Assembly: GCA_019323515.1 (NCBI GenBank) | Contig: JAHWHG010000004.1 | Location: 1,859 to 65,858 of the forward strand | Length of the DNA: 64,000 bases | DNA from: Candidatus Woesearchaeota archaeon | GTDB lineage: Archaea > Nanobdellota > Nanobdellia > Woesearchaeales > JAHWHD01 | Reading direction: 5' to 3' | Part shown: piece after piece, positions 37,101 through 45,500 of the stretch | Position numbering within the stretch: position 1 is the stretch's first letter | Layout: each line of letters starts with the position of its first letter | Position numbers and translations under genes: made by a program | The notes under the pieces: generated by a model | What the model was told of the DNA's origin: nothing | The model's database searches: none | Seen by the model: only the letters and a program-made list of their open reading frames with translations

Positions 37101-38248
37101 AAATTGATACTGACTTACTAAGAGCTAATGGTGTTCCAGAAAATCTTATACAGGTTTTAGAGCGTGCTTTAGCACAGAATCCTAATGAAAGGCCTGATGC
37201 TGCAAGCCTTAAAGCTGCATTTGAAACAACAACCACCCCAACTGGGTTAGAAGCGATAGTGGAAAAATCTGGTGAGCCAGTAAGTATCGGCAAGGTAATT
37301 GGAGGAAGGTATGATGTACAAACATCGATTGGTGTAGGCGGCTTTGGACAGACGTTCACTGCTGTTGACCAGGAGACAGGAAGGACTGTTGTGATAAAAG
37401 CGTTTGAGCCTAAAACAATGGAGCCAGCTGCAGTTGAACAGATGAAAGAATTGTTCAGAGAAGAAGCAAAAGTTCTTCAAAGACTGTCGCATGATGGAAT
37501 TGTTAAAGTGTTTGACGCTGCTCTTGAGGGAGATAATCCGTATATTGTTGAAGAGCATGTAAACGGTAAAACTTTGGAGTCTATGATCGGTGAAAGTACT
37601 GATCCAATGAGTCTTGAGACTGTGAATGATATTGCAGTTAAGGTTCTGGGGATTGTTGAGTATATGCATCAACAAGGTGTTATCCATAGAGATCTTAATC
37701 CTAATAATATAATAATAACTCCTGATGGAGATGTTAAGATAATCGATTTTGGTTTGGCAGGATTTGATAAAGAGTTTAGGACAAGGCATGGTTCCACTGG
37801 GTTCACTGGTGACTTTAAGTATGGAAGTCCAGAGCAGCTTGACTTAGATGGGTTCATGAAGACAGCTGAGTCTGATCCTGAATATGATGAGAAAGCGATG
37901 GATGCGTATACAATTGGAACTGTCCTCTATAATATGATGACCAAGAATAATCCTTTAGGATTGCCAAGTACTGCCACTTCAATAGGTTTCTTGGGTAAGA
38001 AAGGGGTAGGATATGATGCAGTTAATCCTACTGAATTCAATAAAGACATACCAAATGTGATTGCTGATGTTCTGCAGAGGGCTGTTACAAAGGATTACAA
38101 GCAGCGACCTACTGTTGCAGAGATAAAGAAAGCTTTTGATAATGTTGATGAGGACATTAACGTATTTGGAACAGAGGTTGGAGGAACTCCTAGTATTGCC
38201 ACAATTAATATAATGGAAGAAGCAAGAGCTGCAAGTTCATGCGGTTAA
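25154..38248 (+). CDS. giant (4364 aa) secreted multidomain protein: signal peptide, beta-rich region, TPR/coiled coil, GGDEF-like palm motifs, tandem Ser/Thr protein kinase domains
   Basis: A single uninterrupted ORF. The N-terminal signal is FAIFVVLSLVLSSVSVKA. TPR-like and long heptad regions are present, with a 65-aa tandem repeat at 33482-33817. IDVMDFKNQINTRYGHIVGDNF (about 34735-34800), GGDEV (35588-35602) and RIDINNFGKTNQRYG (35641-35685) are GGDEF-like. Kinase 1 has GKGAVGNV...VAVK...HRDIKPGN...DFG (36440-37220). Kinase 2 has GVGGFGQT...VVIK...HRDLNPNN...DFG (37290-38150). Confidence 0.85.
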   Translation: MNRFEDIWKRGFAIFVVLSLVLSSVSVKAVEPGEEGFDWEKADYEKIDYTKITDINSIPQQYYSKIPWSKFPKEVIVKFSGDARIRELVKVLEVQSKESLKLLTSAQVKNILGEFKDLSILNHAEVAKALVAKGEFPGGAVLNLVPGVVYKDGKLINPKFPNGLGIKSLGSDVTSVSAVVTEIGTEGFIICKGTKCNEVTSAIAGEFTGVSRDKDGNLVIDTTNGPVKLDGNIRAVVDVSGDVVYLTDDGTFIQHKGFSFTARGTTQKTNFKFKGNKLTMEGPGEVSSDGNRVSGKVEGSFTVEIGLTADEFKVTGNKADITVYGKDRYTGDFSNEYKEGKLMMFSLDSYMSSAKIRGHLAITNDDNIKKVYITQNNPNAKTLEQVWHNAAVITTFNEEKLNIDKLKDADVKKYVSDSIEKNKAKIEALKAAKEKAKTDYEKSQIQSKIDYLEVYVKDLEGITTKAALMGVVDNTISRLEADNARIWKTHPNTGYLEVVNSDVNLYGDKKSTDSIPGRLVILPGKSSYGVSELDSRSMSGEQANVYSIYSPPEYSDASGKDLKKRGIMYCASGSTGITGDMCSARAKTSVGLVEIMSGRDSSGNGYSRVSRNSAVKNNVDDAGLIVVGPTSKDARTSMIKLDADGIHAIDSLVGEGKSRVYTNPTIIDKIAENYKKVRDIALGVLRAAGLLREDEKVSEEARKKAQELKQRLAATFVEEFKDIREFVAGELSELEKRMPGVTQKLIDLNTYKVEQNEQGLLSMLAAEKDEQMKDRIRASILDVYKAQGETGKEEAWLKTWEQQAPNSKWLATIKSQRAQQQTLRVDYSKMTNAELEALAETKPTVALYQELTNRYLKDKDYANAQKYADLARTEVTLGLERAEFNLEKAGYSDLFDMTDRMTTVYQTLADVSLANKDNLLAEDASRFNLAINKRNYRAAQTLSAALIAQDKLKDNVAAWESYSNENKDASRLYDRAGVNLIDAYTRIKAYDKVEEKYLDIEVTKNTDIKKEADVAYVRSLNVQSSELLKDKKYDDALAKAKRALQVDKNDKFSLSVMSSVASSYYSSKRYDDSIALLEDLKNRKGSLTESEKVTLAGAYHGKGNIAKAKGLYGEVKDAFEKKGVAKLSNTDKFSYAQALDGLGESDKSYEVWKQLSQITPANDNEKNLKSIAQNVVSQIDTTRGFQAALKGITEKQETVQAYDKVVDGLSSKDALRLANSIAGKADKFTKEADAKAFLKKVGQSNFQVAEARAISREGLDLVKQGLQQVKEGKDVSQALATYNGGLDTLLKATISPDKRKESGGKLDNLREKIQILKRQIADAKESRDKAPSGWFGTKTKEYETYNSLYEARLKDLDAAQKEYLKLRQQILSGANLADKRELIKLQEDLLSELRGQKAQGYLGSAETVRQLEETTDQFIAEVAGQYGFLLERYDQQSSGLWTLIVSEKEKLRDRSYNTYLKQGYTAEQAKDMAEKQAQDYVNVRMKNIGLENADLFQKDLLDAKTKRQQLSLETDNQRREAAAAHAAGGWKIGQYVIVSNRNIDIVKNWWASDGVLTDYTKKAEVGFLGNFGYKVANGVSKTVGLFLEVGLPVAIGSLVANVKDGVLLASGSATTNEQTIQEKNKAVAKNQQIIQGLQYLSKITQETSSADMEALARAVKSKSTTGLTDSQKKLYEKYFTGTEGTKAKESVLLAVTDNRLNNQDFGPGGVLEYASGVNDLTPEEIAKRQALLANAQKTEYFKDARNKLLAGWGLDEKGDYFADSKGNYLSLEAGGRLLGRLINPKETLTQVTHLAWANENLAGVLNFFGTSSNEYEKLKYLNRKGSELAKTTQMVKLLEEGKFKDLSAIYNNEGDVLSPEQHKEYRQLIDLDVNLRTARLVEKYGSYDKIPQSEIQAINRLKVADEVGRYNWEAAKGYAQLTQDPNLVSQVQDTQTYQQTLNRMGETAGFFANMAIFGAATRGLSSLGGKILSSEPAKTLGRIVSKSQTGKKIIDFATKYADDVRLGQMAEQIDDVTNNLVKESWMLKLKNKVVKTIWKNADDAAVQTADDALAQITSLKNQFVNARAAGDVTKANQITQQIARIQADALAKINGQYLGLAKQGAQMLVKSASFEEIKEEAQEELAGDIGKNLKDKLGGSAGVLAEALVIFYNMRKGIVSGTISSADVNLYNNQLKTASNAMLKPFVDTNFQNKVIVFDGNNYDFKTNPDGSITLINSDGVTVKKIDGLLDLQALVREGRVQVPGVVDLNVLVDKAALDIPLNVENARTDAEIDTLRTELLDPGITAERKAEVQARIESLESHKNEIGKSIDAQKSNVDIKQKKQELADAEQQGDLNKIQETTTALREAETARANSLSELHTAQIEGIEARKRAYESKIAETKKTLAGETDAKVQAEIEAKLNSLQALLLDADVEILAAESAKLEAEIDSLRKQSKIASDTEKARLEQEIEQKRKQLLDKSIQQKEAEIEREQAVQQTVADELKKVEGDTTGLFVGSDISGLRALQDATDRLIEQKQEQKETLERQKEFNEKEGNDDVKRQQNELEERKSDFFRDVEDYHALKESEKESEAGKALRAKLENEQKAITVNQLQIDAAVQKSLGTTEPVSEEGRLQKKALEKVESSIKEDQQLDTDEKEAVSELTKLQNEKQKKERQVEYVEGEMAKPDVGDEYELDGKKYKVTNILTIGGKTYYEVQTESGEIRGFTAEKIQAATKISSSLTAKRGVLNTIRIQLENDINNIETQEKTVEENSDTKDAQKEAEKEPEQVTKEKRITDLTAQINELDGKIAEAERNGDFVSLEDQQRLNRLKLERGTLELDLLLGKKLEPTEVEVAKEQQVKALTAQINELGAKIAEAERRGDFVSAEDQQTLERLKTQRAGLELEILLGADFEAAEAVQPELKIGEPAKVTEDAGTLKQQLQQQGVRQDLIDQAGDDIGQLETLLRRAGTPESRAEARQFARRVTPSQMERSRLAELTSEAQRDVGSVLDAISGVSYQRGAVNLDSITLGDIEIKIGYGRSPWLGPIYSEQVDGQWQIQIDTGRLASLFASLDTQQERDLAFKALIAHELGEIAGVENGFLVADDSHVIGAKIAKNVLGELTTDSKQYIKVKQALNNFAWAQSDPINIEGEMTEGIRQRVLSDYHFRNSKLAYDNHLVRIAGGEKATRPIATVYHKVGKTFKVIFEHGNGEVQIATIDVMDFKNQINTRYGHIVGDNFITQIGGALADAMANWDGSDVTTYLNNLLNDNDFKQNIINKVPNQKVEAPLETDTESKGDDRKLKLGEFNFYAGVSERSTVDSIPGAQRLNDQSTVAGKTAELNIGGVDIDLLAEVQNRQPEDVLSADTVSRLTGGSIQGSMTLDALLAQLKTKQGTKVLEFADTNDCCKTKAVPQIFANEYEFFGEKITTADMTELFRQRRRAITEANLEQARQLTEAIWESASLNQEFGGYLDGNDLFKLATNKLLDDRGDRDFAQVFIIGGDEVGIVKSGNGRVTFGRIDINNFGKTNQRYGVEYADALKVQILKIIQRNIEGEINADTAKKINTEILTYVQSTGREFSQELMPSVSIGIINVDSRFNEIDATKLNELADAASERIKAESKARITDTRTTADVVNEGGFFTEAEPDYEVIDKPRPTPITDSLADWMFNFDQQQRLKTPEQKKADALNDLFSDDVWQQSPLQGFLHQTDNQGRTVQQRLESKLQSGETAEDVVADIKAGIFHRFPNDYIPGNIEVLLQGFINDVNDIDVETTIDDLVDKGFTDVTEVGKGAVGNVFKAERAGETVAVKTLQREKATPEAVALFEKEPQVLAQLDHPNVVKAKESGVKDARPYFTQEYVEGEGLDQKVAEAKYQQRPLSVQEVSDVAVQLFDALQYLHDRGIIHRDIKPGNIIVEPDGTIKLIDFGFAGFDQELRERFGLEGIPQVGSAPYDAPEIFNEKRMADRFGITKFDETKVDIYAAAWMVYEMLTLNSPISSGLKADVDYKIDTDLLRANGVPENLIQVLERALAQNPNERPDAASLKAAFETTTTPTGLEAIVEKSGEPVSIGKVIGGRYDVQTSIGVGGFGQTFTAVDQETGRTVVIKAFEPKTMEPAAVEQMKELFREEAKVLQRLSHDGIVKVFDAALEGDNPYIVEEHVNGKTLESMIGESTDPMSLETVNDIAVKVLGIVEYMHQQGVIHRDLNPNNIIITPDGDVKIIDFGLAGFDKEFRTRHGSTGFTGDFKYGSPEQLDLDGFMKTAESDPEYDEKAMDAYTIGTVLYNMMTKNNPLGLPSTATSIGFLGKKGVGYDAVNPTEFNKDIPNVIADVLQRAVTKDYKQRPTVAEIKKAFDNVDEDINVFGTEVGGTPSIATINIMEEARAASSCG

Positions 38249-38892
38249 GAGATTACTCTACGTTCTATGTTAAGCGCAATAGGAACTTCATAGTCAATCA
38301 ATAACTTATGACCAAATGCTTGGAATTTTCTTCTGCCATACATAAAACTTGACATCACATCTTTTCTAAACATTGGTTTTGCTTCTTGAGGTGTCCAGAT
38401 TTGTATCTTGCTTATTCTTCTTTTGATATCAGCGTCAACTGGCAAGCTTTCTATAGCTGAATCTGAGGTTATATCACAGAGGCAGCTTTCATCTGATAAG
38501 ATTTGTTTAAGGTCAACCCAGGAAGAAATTTTGTTAAGGTTAGATGCCTGAAGGTCCAGGTAGGAGATATACTTAAAGAGTTCATTATGGTCACAACCAG
38601 GGTTATATTCCATAAGTTTTGTGTGAAGTTTTTGTATGTAATACTGATATACTGGAAGCTCTCCTGTCTTTTCACAGTAGAGGTCATAAGACAGAATCAC
38701 TTTACTTTCAGGTTCTCCACCAAAGATAACCCTTTCCATTGTTTCACTTAGAACTTCACGGTTCTTTGGGCCTGTGAATGCTTCAATCTTGATGTTTTTA
38801 ACAAAGAACTCTAAGTTATGAATCTTCTTATAGTTCATGATTGAAGCTTTCAAGTCTTCTGCAATTAGTTTAGCCCTTTCAACAATCCCCAT
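38245..38892 (-). CDS. hypothetical protein
   Basis: 215-aa ORF convergent with the giant gene, with a 4-nt stop overlap. No motif recognised. Confidence 0.5.
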   Translation of the reverse strand: MGIVERAKLIAEDLKASIMNYKKIHNLEFFVKNIKIEAFTGPKNREVLSETMERVIFGGEPESKVILSYDLYCEKTGELPVYQYYIQKLHTKLMEYNPGCDHNELFKYISYLDLQASNLNKISSWVDLKQILSDESCLCDITSDSAIESLPVDADIKRRISKIQIWTPQEAKPMFRKDVMSSFMYGRRKFQAFGHKLLIDYEVPIALNIERRVIS

Positions 38893-39087
38893 AATTTGTT
38901 GTAAGAGGAAAAGTAATATAAAGATTATTGATTTGGTTTATTTTATTAATTTATATTTAATTTTTCTCTATAGATATTTTTATATACTCTAATAATATCT
39001 TAATGTATTAATAGATATTCTTATTTTTCTTTATTTCTGCTTTTTTTACCAAAAGATATATAAATAGTATTACATTTTATCTATCTT

Positions 39088-39534
39088 ATGCAAGATTTGA
39101 GTAAGAAAGAGGCAGAAGCATTATTCCAGGAGTTTGTGGAATTTTTGAAAAAGAAGAAGATTTCTGTAAAGGGGTTAGGTGAGTATGCTATTCCCATCTC
39201 TATATTTTCCAAGAAGTTAAGCGCTACAGAAGCTGTTGTCAAGTACTTGCGTGAAGAGCATGAGCTAGGTTACAATAAGATTGCAAAGCTGCTGCATAAG
39301 AATCCTGGGCCTGTTGGTGTAACTTACAGGAATGCTAAAAAAAAGTTTAGAGGAAAGTTAAGTGTTGATTCTGATCATTTTATTCCAATAAATAAGTTTG
39401 ACGGAAAGAATACTGTATTTGAGGTTGTTGTTAAGTTTATGAAAGAGGAGTTAAAGTTTAGTTTCAAAAAAATTGCTAAGTTGATGGGAAGGAATTACAG
39501 GACTGTATGGACTGTGTATAGGAGGGCTGCATGA
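39088..39534 (+). CDS. small DNA-binding protein with two tandem HTH-like repeats
   Basis: Internal duplication: ...LSATEAVVKYLREEHELGYNKIAKLLHKNPGPVGVTYRNAKKKF versus ...TVFEVVVKFMKEELKFSFKKIAKLMGRNYRTVWTVYRRA, a sigma-r4/LuxR-like HTH pattern. The stop overlaps the ATG of the 2387-aa ORF (ATGA). Confidence 0.6.
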   Translation: MQDLSKKEAEALFQEFVEFLKKKKISVKGLGEYAIPISIFSKKLSATEAVVKYLREEHELGYNKIAKLLHKNPGPVGVTYRNAKKKFRGKLSVDSDHFIPINKFDGKNTVFEVVVKFMKEELKFSFKKIAKLMGRNYRTVWTVYRRAA

Positions 39535-42500
39535 AAAAGGTAATCAGTGTGCTATTGATATTTGTATTGTTGCTGAGCAGTGTTAGCGCTGATTGTCTTA
39601 CTCCTTTAGGTAAAGAGAGATTGGTTGAACAGAAGACTCCTGAATTGGTTGAGCAGGGGTTGAGTAAAGAGCAGGCTGATACTTTGTTGAGGAGTGTGGT
39701 TGAAGGACAAAAAGAATTACCTGCTACTGAATTAACTTACCAGCAGAAGATTGATGAGGTTCAAGGATTGATAGATAGAGAAGAGTTTGATGCTGCTGTT
39801 GCAAGATTGAATGAATATGGGATTAGTATTCCAAGATTTGATACTTCTACAGGAGAGGCTTTGGATACTCCTGAGAAGCAAGCAAGAGGGGCATTAAGGT
39901 TAGAAGCTGAGAAGAGGAGGCCTATTGTTGAAAAACAGGTTGATGAAGCAATTGAGAAATTAGCAAGTTCCTCAACTAGTACGCGGATTGAAGGTTCTAA
40001 TGCATTAAAAAGCATTGGAAAAGAAGCTGTACCTAAACTTATTGAAGCTTTAGATAATGATAATCCAGACATAAGGTGGCAAGCTGCAAGATCCTTAGGT
40101 GACATCGGAGATGAAAGAGCAATTCCAAAGTTGATTGAAAAGTTAAGTGACAAAGACACTACTCTGCAAAGTAATGTAATTGTTGCACTTGGAAGACTGA
40201 AAGCTTATGATGCTGTGTATGCACTTAACAAAATCGCTTTTGATAAATATAAAGCGAGTTATCTTAGAAGGAATGCGATAACTGCATTAGGTGAAATAGT
40301 AGGTCCAAGAGCTGACGAAGTAAACAAGAAGTTAGGAGATACAATAGGTGTTTTAACAAAAGCTCTGACTGATAAGGATCCTCAAATACGTGAAGCTGCA
40401 GCAAAGGCTTCTGGGCTAATAGGGAATGCTGATCCATTACAAATCTCAAGATTAATTGGCTTACAACAGGATAAGAATGAATATGTAAGAGATTCTGCAT
40501 CTGAAGCACTTTCTCGGATTAGAGAGAAGATGATAAGCAATATGAATTCAGATGATGCAAAAGTTAGAAGAGCATCGATTGATATTATTGAAGTATTTAA
40601 TGACCCTACGCTTGTGCCTGTTTTAATTGATGCTTTGAATGATGCAGACTCAAATGTAGTTACTTATGCAATGAAAGCTCTAGCCAAGTACAAGGATAAT
40701 AGAGCGGTTTTACCGTTGATAGATAAATTAGATAAGGGGAATGATTTTGAACGTTCTGTAGCTGCTAGAACTCTAGGCCAAATAGGTGGTGCACAAGCTG
40801 TTCCAGCTCTTTCAAATGCATTAAGAGATGCTGATGCGTTTGTAAGAAGAGAGGCAGCTAATGCATTAGGGTTAATAAGAGATAAAAGTGCAAGTAGTAG
40901 TTTGATTGAAGCATTAACTGACACTGATGTAGATGTAAGAGCTAATGTTGTTGAAGCTTTAGGTAGAGTTTTTTATGATTCTCAAGATCAAACTGTATCG
41001 GAAGCATTAGTGCAATCTTTAAGTGATTCAGATGCACGAATAAGGAGAATGTCTGCTGAAGCATTAGGAAGGATTGGTGATACTGAAATAGTCCCTGGCC
41101 TTATTGAAGCAAGAAATGATAATGAGGCGTCTGTTCAAGATGCTGCATTGAAAGCTCTTGCATTATTAGGCAATCAAGATGCAATCAATGAATTTATTCA
41201 GGACTTGAAATCCGACTCCAGTGAAAAACGGATTAATGCTATAAACATCTTAGAGGAAACTGGTAAGGGGATTAATGAGATATTAAATTCTGAAGCTTTA
41301 TTTGAAGATGAAAATACTCAGAGGTATGCAGTCATAGCTGTTATGAGAAATGGTAATGCTAATGATTTGATCAGATTAATGAATATAATTAAAAGCACGA
41401 CTAACCCAAAAACAAAAGCAAATTTAATTGAAGCTATGACAGGCAGTACCATTAGTCAAGCAGATAGGATATTAGGATTAGATAATTTTGAGCAGCTTCC
41501 ACCTTTATTTAAAGAATTTCTGAAAAAAGGCGAGATTCAGGGAGAGGAGATGGGATTAGTTATTGGAAACCTTCCATCAGTAGCTACTGAAGGGATTGAA
41601 AGGTCTAGTCTAGAGTCTAGGATTGAGCAGGAATTAAGCGGTTTAAGTTTCACATCAAGGACTGCAGGTGATAGGAGTTTTGAAGATGATACGTTCACTG
41701 GACAGAAGCATAAATTAAGTTCAAGTGATTTAATCAAGATATTACAAATTGTGCACAGTCTGAAGAATCCTAATTTCAGGAATAGCATCGGAAAGAACAT
41801 TGTCTATGATTTGGAGCATTATGGTAGCGAACTTGGAGGTCTAGCTTTTATCAATGAAGATGGAGAGCTTGAGCTTGAGGATTTTGCTCCAAAATGCAGG
41901 GGAGATAATTGTGCTTATGTGTCTTCAGAGACCAGGAGGCTGAAGGCAAATGAAGCTTTCTTTGACTGGCACCAGCATGCGACTGGAGATGCAAATCCTG
42001 AAAGATATGTTGGGCCAAGTGGGAGTACTGAGGGGGGTGCGGATTTAGGGGTTGCGCGGAGAGATAGACATGACGGTGTGGTAATTGCATATTTAGGGGG
42101 TAATAAGTTTAATCTTCATTTCTACACCCCAGAAGGGTATGTTGTAAATTTGGGCAATTATGAATGGGATAGTGATAATGTAGGTGTTATTGATATAGAT
42201 GCCATACGCGCATATTATGAAGTGGCGCAGAGGGGTTATGATAAGAATCCTGCAGCTGCATCTGAGATTACATCAAGGTCAGAGCTTAGTAGAAAACAAC
42301 AGGCGGATTATCTTAAAGCAGTCGTAGATAGAAATGTGGATGAAGAAGGACTACGGAAAGAGATGGAAAATGACGGGATACCTAATGCTGCTGATGTAGC
42401 CAGAGCTGTGTTTACAGCAGAGGCACCTTCTAAAGCAGAAGAAGCTGCGCTTGCACAAGAATCGCCGCTTCGAGATTTAGTAGGAGATAATCTTCCAATA

Positions 42501-45500
42501 ACTACGCCTGCTTTTGAAAAAATGCCTTCAACTCCTTTGGGGTTTGAACCTTTAGATGTTAGTGATGTCGAACAACCAACAGCTGAGTTTAGAGATAAGA
42601 TATGGGGTGGAGATACATTAGCTATCCCTATAACTTCACCAACTGAATATAGGAAAAATTTAGCTGCGCCTTTAGTTACAGATTCTGAGAATCTTGCTGA
42701 GGGTGGACTGCAGTATAAACCAGGAGATAAAATTACACTTGTAAGATACATAAGAGTTGATAAAGCAACAGCTGAAGCTATCAAAGGTTCTAAGAGAGTC
42801 CTATCACAGGAGGTTGCAAAACAGCAAGGTGATATAAGTAAAGCTGAGGAAGAGTTTAATGCATTAACTGGTAAGGATCTAACATTAGAATCATTGCTGC
42901 AACATACATGGGATATTGGGAGAAGAGGTAATCTTGGAATATCAACAACATATGATCCAGGGATATTATTAGCAGATTCTACAACTGATGACTGCTGCAT
43001 AGTGAAGTATACAATAGAAGTTCCAGCTGAGAGGGTTGTCAAAGTTGGCGGGACTGTTGAGAATCCAGTATTCCCTGCAGGGTTTGACCTTAGAAGAGGT
43101 GATGTGAAGAACTTTGGTTTTGTTAATCCTTCTAACTATGAATCAGAGATTACTTTCTTGTATGAAGTTCCAAATGAGTATGTAAGTAGGATTGATGTTA
43201 TTGAGGATAGTCCTCAGAGTTTAGTTAATATGATTGAGAGTGATGCTTTTGTCACAGAGCATAAACTGCAGCAGATAAAAAAATCTTCATTGTTCAGCTC
43301 TCAACAAAAATCTGAACTAGAGAGTATCCAGGATCCTGTTGAGAGGTTAATGAGAGCAAGGGAGATGTTATTGGGAAGGGCTGAAGTACCTGCAGACCTT
43401 GAAGAAAGAGTTAACCAGAGATTAGAAAGATATGGCCAGCCAGTCACTGAAACAGTGAGGCAGAATGAACTGCAGCAGGAACAGATGATTGACGAGATTG
43501 CCAAAGAGATAGAAAGTTTATGTGAAGGGATATGCGGGAAGCCGATAATAATCGAAGGCGGAGCAGGTCTGTCAACAGATTATCTGCCAGGAGTAAGTGA
43601 TAGGGATATTTCAATATTTGTTGACGGCTTGACATTGGAACAGAAAGCAAATCTTGATAACATAATAAACAGGCTTAGATTAAAGTATCCTGGTGAACAG
43701 GTTAGTTTCTTCATATATAATACTGATTTACTTAAAGGAGGAACTGAGCAAACAATTGCAAGTTCTGAAGAGCCTTATCCTTTAGCAAGAAACTGGATAT
43801 GGGCAAACACGTTCAGGACAGCTAGAGTTTTGTACGGGCAAGCTGAGTTTGACAGGATTGCTGCTGCACCTTTATCAGAGTTAAGCCAGAAGGTTCCTCT
43901 GAATGCTGAGGACGGAGAGAGTTATAGAATTGGGATGACTGAGAGTTTTATTGAGAAGTTAAAGGCTTACAGAGAGCAAGGACTGCAAGTGGATCTGCAT
44001 AAGACAGCTAAGGCAGGGTTAAGGGCTGTTCTTGGGAGAGTTATGAGAGATAATTTTGATGTTGTTAAAGGTGCTTTAGGTGCTCCTGATGCTTCTACTA
44101 AGTCTGAGACTAATTTTATCCTTGATGTTGCAAGGAATTCTGGACTTTTCAATGAACAGGAGATGGATTTAATTAGAAAGATGGCTGACCTGAGATTAAA
44201 TCCACAGAGAGGGATTACAAATGCTGAGGTAGATGTTTTAGAGGATTTTGTGTTTAAGCAGGCTTTAGTCACAGAAAGACCAACTATTGAAGTAACACAA
44301 GACATAAAAGATTTCTGGGCTAATGCAGATGAAAATCAATTCAGAGCTAACTGGCAAGACCTTCCAGCTGATGCAATGGAGGAAGCAATCAAGAATCCTG
44401 AGAGGAGGGTTGATATTTTATTGGAGTATTATCCTGCAAGCCAGATTATGATGGGAGGGACTGTTGCGCCTTCACAATCTTTAGCTGATCAACAGTTCTC
44501 GGAACAGGTAGAGCACATAATCGAAGCTGCAACTAGGAGTAGCCGGATTAATGATATCCATGTGCATCTAAGTCAAGCATTGCCTGTGGAGATGTTAAAG
44601 GATATTATGGATGTGGTTCTGCAAGGAGATGAGTGGAGTCAAAATGAAAAAGACGAAGCAGTTAAGAAATTTGCTGCATATTTAGGTAGGCAGTGGAAGT
44701 CTGCATATGAAGAGATATGGTTTGGTAGCATTCAGCAGCAATCTGAGGAGATTCAGAGGAGATTGGAGAATATTCTACAATCTCTTTCTAAACTAGAACA
44801 GGGTTATGATCAAAGTGTGTGGAATAATTTTTGGACTGAAATTCAGCTTCTATTACCCTTGTTAGATTTATCATCTATGGAAAATTATCAACAAAGGAAC
44901 GACGAAATGGTAAATCGGTTATATATTGCAGCAAATGACCAATTCAAAGCAGGAACAAAAAATATAGCAGGGGATATTATCCCAAGGATAGCATCAAGAG
45001 CCAAGGGTTATTTTGAAATTAGGCATGCTATTCAAGGAACAGACCCGAAAGATTTAGATAATATGCTAAAAAGATTCTCTGATGCTGATATTTCAGAAGA
45101 TGAAGCGGGCTTTATCCTGTCATTCACAAGGCGTAGTATTGGCAGCTTAAAGGGAAAGAGCATACCATTGGTTTCAATAATGGCAAGACTTGAGTCGCTT
45201 GATCAGATTAGCGCTTTACTAGAGCAAGTTACATCGAAGAATGATTTAATGGGAATTTACAGAGTACTTTCATATGCGCAGAGGGATAGTGATACAGAAA
45301 AAGCGATTGAGCAGATGACGGATGACTCCCAGGAGATTGAAAGGCTTAAAGGGATGATAAGAAACAAACAAATAAATCGGATAGAGAACAATCAAGCTAG
45401 TAAGAAAAAGATTAATGATTTTTTGGAACGTTTCAATAAATATTTTGTAGGAATTGATATCACTGGTCATGAGGAATTTCCTTTTGCAGGCTATGATGGT

